A stretch of 36,230 bases of DNA from assembly GCA_023334545.1 (NCBI GenBank), contig JAADVB010000202.1, positions 1 through 36,230 on the forward strand. Direction: 5' to 3'. Origin of the DNA: Salisapilia sapeloensis CBS 127946 (taxonomy: Eukaryota; Protista; Oomycota). The position numbers were made by a program, and so were the translations under genes. Positions 31,116 through 36,230 of this stretch are shown here, one piece after another. The notes below the pieces were generated by a model. That model had not been told where the DNA came from. It saw nothing but the letters and a program-made list of their open reading frames with translations, and searched no databases. How positions within the stretch are numbered: the stretch's first letter is position 1; the number at the start of each line of letters is the position of its first letter.

Positions 31116-32882
31116 ATGGAGCAGCAGCAGCAGACCTTGTCGGCACGACGCTCTCGGTCACTAGACGCCACCGAAGCGGCCACATACGTTTCGGAAAACG
31201 ATATTGAGGAAGCAGAAACGAGGTCGGGGGACAACATGTCGCCGAGCACGACGAAAGGAAGGCACCCTGCGTCCCCATACGGAAGCGACCGGGGCACGCC
31301 TCAGCACATGGGCTCCTTCATGCGCCGTCCTCGGAGTAGCTACAGTCTCAAGAACCAACTACCGAAAGAGACTGTGCAGCAGATTGGCAGTCCAGCGAGC
31401 ACGGACGAAGGCGACCGGTCTTCTGGGTTCGTTCGCATCTACTATGAGCAGAACGGTGTCAACGCGTCTACGGTGTTTAAGCTCAAGCGGTCGACGTCTG
31501 TGCTAGAGGTACTGTCGGGTCTACTCTCGTCTTATTGATCCATTCTCACCATCTTTCAGGTCCGAAAATCGATGATTCGAAAGCTCCGGATCCCGGTCAA
31601 TGACCTTCGTTTCTACGTCATTGTCGTCGTATATCCGAGTGAATCCTGTACGCTTGCTCTTTTTCTTCTCTCTTCCTCCAGTATCGTCTAATTTGTTTTC
31701 ACCATTCAACAGCTCGATCTTTGACCGCCAGGACGCTTCTGAACGAAGAGTGCATCCTACAACTCGTGGACAAGCTAAATTTGCGCTTTGCATCCTACAT
31801 CGAGCACCAGGAAGAGACGCAAGGGCAGGGCAAAGCACGCCGTCGCAACCGTCAGCCCTTTAAATTCATGCTTAAGGTACTTTTATTGCTACAGCCAAAC
31901 GCATTTGAAGACTAATAAAGCGATGGCGTAGGATTTGCATGAGTCTCCAAGCGATGCCGATGAAGACTCGCGCAGAGTCTCTAGCAAGGAAGACCTGACG
32001 CTCAACTTTCCCGTCTACCTCGGTCGTGGTGAGCACTGTGGGTACCTGCACAAGTGCAGCGTGAAAGACCCGAGCGTGTGGCACAAGCGCTGGTTTGTCG
32101 TCAAGGACGACCAGCTGCTGTACTGTAAATCGGCGACCAACCAGCGGGACGTCGTCGCCATCAGCCTTCTCAACTCGTACTTGGGGAGTGCTCGACCAGA
32201 CTCCCAAATGCCCAACTCGTTCGAGTTCCGGGCGGCGAGGAGGACGTACCAACTGGCAGCCAGTAGCAAAGAGGACATGATGTCCTGGATGCGTTCGCTC
32301 CATCAGCAAAAGAACATTGCGACGGAAAACAATCAGCTCCATCGCGCTGAGATGCTCATTACGGAGGGTACTGTGTGGAAAAACGAAGAGGAGGCTGAGG
32401 AGGCGAGGTTGAGGGAGCCGTCTCTCTTGTCTAGGGTGCTGTCAAGAGAGGACACGCTCAAGATCTTCCGAGACTCGTGCGTCAGTGTCAAGGCGCAGGC
32501 ATTGCTAGACAGCTGGATCGATTGCGAGGTTTTCCGTCGGGGCTGCATTGCTAGGCAGAACGGCATGTCCAGTCGCACAGCAAAGGAAGAGTGGGATCAC
32601 TTGAGCTCCATCTTGAAGCGTGTACAGCATCTTCCCATCATCACCCATGAGGACCTTATGAAAGTCAAAGATCAGTTCCCGACGGAGCTCATGAACAAGC
32701 GGCTCGCGATGGCTTTGCATACGGAAGAAGGAGGGTTCGCGAGTGAGCCACCGGGGGCGGATCTTGTGGTGCCTATCCAGACAAAGGTGTTGGAAGCAAT
32801 TGAGTCTGGGCCGTTCCAGCAATTCCTTCTAGGCAACGGCTTCCGGAAGCTGCTGGAGAGGACGATCGGGAGGATTGTGTAG
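31116..32882 (+). CDS. Multidomain signalling protein: Ras-association-like, PH and RGS-like domains; exons 31116-31508, 31560-31647, 31713-31876, 31932-32882
   Basis: Three GT-AG introns (51, 65 and 55 nt) give one frame. RA-like: GFVRIYY...STVFKL...VRKSMIRKL. PH: CGYLHKCS...WHKRWFVVKDDQLLYCK...EDMMSWMRSL. RGS-like: LLDSWIDCEVFRR and IQTKVLEAIESGPFQQFL. Confidence 0.7.
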
Positions 32883-33036
32883 AGAAGTACCGTCTTGTGC
32901 CCAACATGTGACCAGTGAAGTTCGATTTTAATTTCCTGATTTAAATGAATGGGAGTTAGAATCATTCGAATTGCGTTCAATGTGTGTGATGGCGTGGTGG
33001 TAGGCAAAAAGTAGTCATCCATGCCGAGTTCGTACT

Positions 33037-33055
33037 AAAAAATACTTACGAAAAA
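33037..33055 (-). terminator. RNA polymerase III oligo-dT terminator of tRNA-Ser
   Basis: T5 (33051-33055) and T6 (33037-33042) runs on the minus strand immediately 3' of the tRNA. Confidence 0.7.
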
Positions 33056-33059
33056 GTTT

Positions 33060-33140
33060 CGACAGCTGTGAGATTCGAACTCACGCGGGTTGCCCCAATA
33101 GATTTCGAGTCTATCGCCTTAACCGCTCGGCCAAGCTGTC
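33060..33140 (-). tRNA. tRNA-Ser, anticodon CGA
   Basis: The reverse complement GACAGCTTGGCCGAGCGGTTAAGGCGATAGACTCGAAATCTATTGGGGCAACCCGCGTGAGTTCGAATCTCACAGCTGTCG folds with a 7-bp acceptor stem and an ATAGA/TCTAT anticodon stem (CT-CGA-AA loop). It has a long variable arm, a TTCGAAT T-loop and a G discriminator. Confidence 0.95.
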
Positions 33141-33734
33141 ATGTCAAAGTTAACAATAAAAATTTATATAGAAAGACACAAATAAAAAGATCAACGTATC
33201 ACGCCCTAGACGACCATTATTTTTGCTTGCGAAAGTCAATCAAAAATTATTGTAGGAAGATACTCCAATCTGGGTTTGTGTGCATTATAGAAAATGGACA
33301 AGTAGAATCATTTAGATGCCAGTTCCATGTCCGGACTTATACAATAACTCTGTTTTAAAGTTATTTATCTTCCACGTTTATCCATGATTGGATCTGGCGC
33401 AAACCTGGTAGTCAACCATTAGTCCTTGGTGTGAAAAACAAACGTAGCATTGTATGGAACAGTAAAACAATCCAAAAGACCTTAGCCGCTCTCAAAATTG
33501 GCAGCAAGAAGAAAACGAACACTTTACTTGGTATAAAGAGGAATACATGTTAATGTGATGATGGGACATCCGCCAATCATGCATCGAAGCGTGGCATCCA
33601 AACGATGGCGTGCGGCCATATCGTAGCGCTTTTAGGGTGACATGTAACCAGCGTACGTCAGTACGTATGTTAGACATCGTAAGTCATTCGACATCAATGT
33701 ACCTCCCTTACAAACCATAACAAAAATAAATAAT

Positions 33735-34350
33735 TGTTGAGCTCGTTTTAGCGTATCATTGCTAGGAATGTTATGTTTATCTTTAGAGATCTTGGTTTGA
33801 GAGGAAAAGAAAACATAAAATGCATTTGACTTTATCTGGTAGCCTAGAGGTCGGACTGTGGACAGTCACTGACTACTCCATCCGGCGCCGCCTCCTAGGC
33901 TCGTCTGCGCACCTTTCTGCGCCTCTCGTTCTTTTTCATAGCTGCACCTTTTCAATCCTCCTTTCTCGTTCATCATTCTGATGGCCTAGATCAGCCTAAT
34001 GATCTTTCGAGGCTCGGCAGACCGTGGAGCAGGAAGCGCCTTCGTGAGTATATTCACTGTCATCCGGGTCGACTCTACGTGCTTAACCTTTAAAAGATTC
34101 TTTTGATTATAATCATTGACAAAATTGTATCGCACATTAAGGTACCTTGCCTTCGATGTGAACCGCTCATCTTCAATCTGTTTGCTGATAGCCGTATTGC
34201 CTACAAATAAAGCCATTGCTTCCTAGGCTACCACACTTTATCCAGCAGCTCCTTCAAACCTATTGCATCGCTTACTACGTGCGACAACGCAATGAACTCT
34301 GTCTCCATTGTTGGCAAAGTCACACTGGTTTGCTTTCGATGTAACAAGAT
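33735..34350 (-). mobile_element. Ty1/copia LTR retrotransposon 3' remnant (degenerate RNase H, polypurine tract, putative 3' LTR)
   Basis: The minus strand reads KQTSVTLPTMETEFIALS...LKELL, then after a stop and frameshift VGNTAISKQIE...KARYLNVRYNF...VNILTKALPAPR, a copia RNase H with eroded catalytic Asps. It is followed by purine tract GAGAAAGGAGGA and TG at 33954. The LTR end (CA near 33735) is tentative. Confidence 0.8.
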
Positions 34351-34609
34351 TCCTTTTGCCCGTGAGTCTTTGCTTACACGTGCTTGGGGAAAACGATTTA
34401 AAACTAGAAATGATTTTATTTGGTCCTTTAGATCCCCCTACTTACACATCCTTTCTGACTACAAGTACTACATATATCTTATATCAGACAAGGTAGTAGG
34501 TCATCTAAACATGCACCAAATCAAAAAGACAGTAACAAAAGAAAGATAGCAACCTAGCCTAAAGTAACGGATATCTACCCGTTATAACTTGACATTGCTC
34601 CTATTGCAC

Positions 34610-36230
34610 TTACACAATGGCTGATTCAGTGACTCCTTCGATCGTTGAAGCACTTTTATCCATCATGGAGCGATCTGGGCATCTACGCTTGTTGTGACCA
34701 GACCCTCCGCACTTTCCACACTTGTATCTCCTCGTGGATGGCTTGTCAAGCTCTTGGGTAGCTCCCTGGGACTCAATACGACGCTTTTTCTTAGGTCGTT
34801 CTCGCTTCGTTGTGGTATTTGGCGGAAGGCAGTCCTCCGATAAACCCAGTTCGCTGCGAATAATTCGTGGCGAGAAAATAAAACCTCCGTCAGTGGTGTA
34901 AGCTTCAATGTACGTGCTCTTTTTCCACATAAAGTCATGGAGTATGGGTGCTTCAGCAAACCGGTTATACTTTGAAGTGCCACAATAGCATGGCCACAAG
35001 TAATTCCCATGTCTGCTTCAAAATTGCACGAACAGTTGGCTCTTCCATTTGATATGGTTACAGCAAATTCCACTGGAAGTGCATCTGCCGAAGTAGAAGC
35101 ACGAACGATGAACACATTTTGAGAAAACGCAGCAATCATACTCGTAGATTGTTTGTCTGCCTCTTTGTGTAAGCGAATGGTAGCTTTTGTCCTTAGTTCA
35201 CCCCAGCCGGTAGTAATCGCTGCACTTGTAACCCATTTCACCCCCACATATCTTTCAATTTCCATAAGGCAATCTAATATAGATAGCTTGCGGATATCGC
35301 CTAGAGCACTGTTGATAGACTCAACGTTATTAGATGTGATGATGCCATATCGAGCACAAGGACTGAAATATGTGGACCACTTTTCTTTGCCTACATCCAT
35401 TAACCATGCATGTGCAACTTCGTTCATTAATTTAAGCTCTGACGCATTAATCTCAAAATCTCTCAGTGTTCGAGCCCGAGCTAAGATCCATGACTTGTTC
35501 TTTAAATCCTTCGATTCGAAAACTCTCTTAAAATGCTCCATTAGATCACGGAAACAGTAGAAGTGTGGAACTTCAGGTGCAACGTCCTCTATCGCCGGTA
35601 TAATTCCTTTATCTCTGTCAAAAATGACAAAAGCAGGATTAATGTGCATCGCTTCAAACAGAGCTTTTAGTAAGAAGGTCCAATTAAACTTGCTTCCAGT
35701 TGATACTATAGAGATTTCAACGAGCTGTATTTCGCCATTGTCATTTTACAAGCACGCAACTAGAAGTGTCCCTCAGACTGGTGTCTTCATAAACGTATTG
35801 TCGACACTCAGTCCCCAAACAGCATAAGGTTTAAAGGCAATAAGACCTTGTTGAAAAATTATGCTTAAGCGATCAAACTGACTGTTTTTGGTCTCAAGTT
35901 TAGTCTTATGACCATTCTCGTCAAGCAATCTCAAATACGCTGGTAAAGACGAAAATCGAAGTTGCTTATCTTTGATGAATAATCTCCTCAGTCTGTCAAT
36001 TGCTCTGAAACAGTTCTTAAATTTAACTACGACCCCAGTCCTCTCAACATGCACTTTCAACTCCCCAGGTGTCAGAATCCCATTTCTGTCGTTAAAATAA
36101 CGACGAACAATATCATTTTGAGCAAGTTGCTTGGCGGTCCACTTTCTGTTCAAAGAACGCTCAGAGCTTTCCAATGTAAAGTCAGTAAGACAAGAATATG
36201 GTATGAATTTTGTTGGTGGCTTGAAGTTGC
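34610..36230 (-). mobile_element. Mutator-like (MULE) transposase pseudogene with SWIM finger and CCHC knuckle, continuing past window end
   Basis: One frame reads SVDNTFMKTPV*GTLLVACL*NDNGEIQ...WTFLL...VIFDRDKGIIPAI...CFRDL, with stops at 35773-35775 and 35746-35748 and CxxH changed to CxxD. It continues to SWIM CSCNFEADMGITCGH, then a frameshift near 34950 leads to YKCGKCGGSGHNKRRC. Confidence 0.88.

Noticed and set aside
33068-33358. 96-aa ORF starting MRFELTRVAPIDFESIALTARP
   Set aside because: This is the translated antisense of the tRNA-Ser gene, a common spurious ORF.
33548-33640. Possible SWIM finger remnant (C*C...CGHIVALLG) on the plus strand
   Set aside because: It is too short, contains a stop and has no flanking transposase motifs; it may be MULE debris but cannot be supported.

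Overview
Gene-dense 36 kb window from a eukaryotic nuclear genome with short GT-AG introns. The host is most likely a flagellated oomycete or close stramenopile relative. That is an inference from CFAP58 and delta-tubulin, an oomycete-type copia RNase H remnant and an INR/FPR-like promoter motif. About 20 protein-coding genes are tightly packed from 1 to 32.9 kb: CFAP58-like, a Set3/MLL5-tail-like protein, a SelS-like membrane protein, fructosamine-3-kinase, IPK1, peroxisomal ACAD10/11, an RNI-like LRR protein, a small secreted Cys-rich protein, a Frizzled-CRD-like surface protein, a CXC/zinc-finger protein, mitochondrial AlaRS, CDC23/APC8, a long coiled-coil protein, CWC21, delta-tubulin and an RA-PH-RGS-like protein. 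A tRNA-Ser(CGA) gene at 33.06-33.14 kb marks an abrupt switch to an AT-richer zone of decayed transposons (a copia 3' end and a Mutator-like transposase pseudogene). The strongest leads are: (1) an FN3K that looks like a filamentous-ascomycete enzyme, so a candidate fungus-to-oomycete horizontal transfer; (2) a SelS-like gene ending in TGA-GGA in a context resembling the SelS Sec motif; (3) a Set3/MLL5-like tail with no visible PHD/SET domains next to a decayed tract; (4) the tRNA at the gene/TE boundary. All family assignments come from motif recognition by eye; no searches were run.
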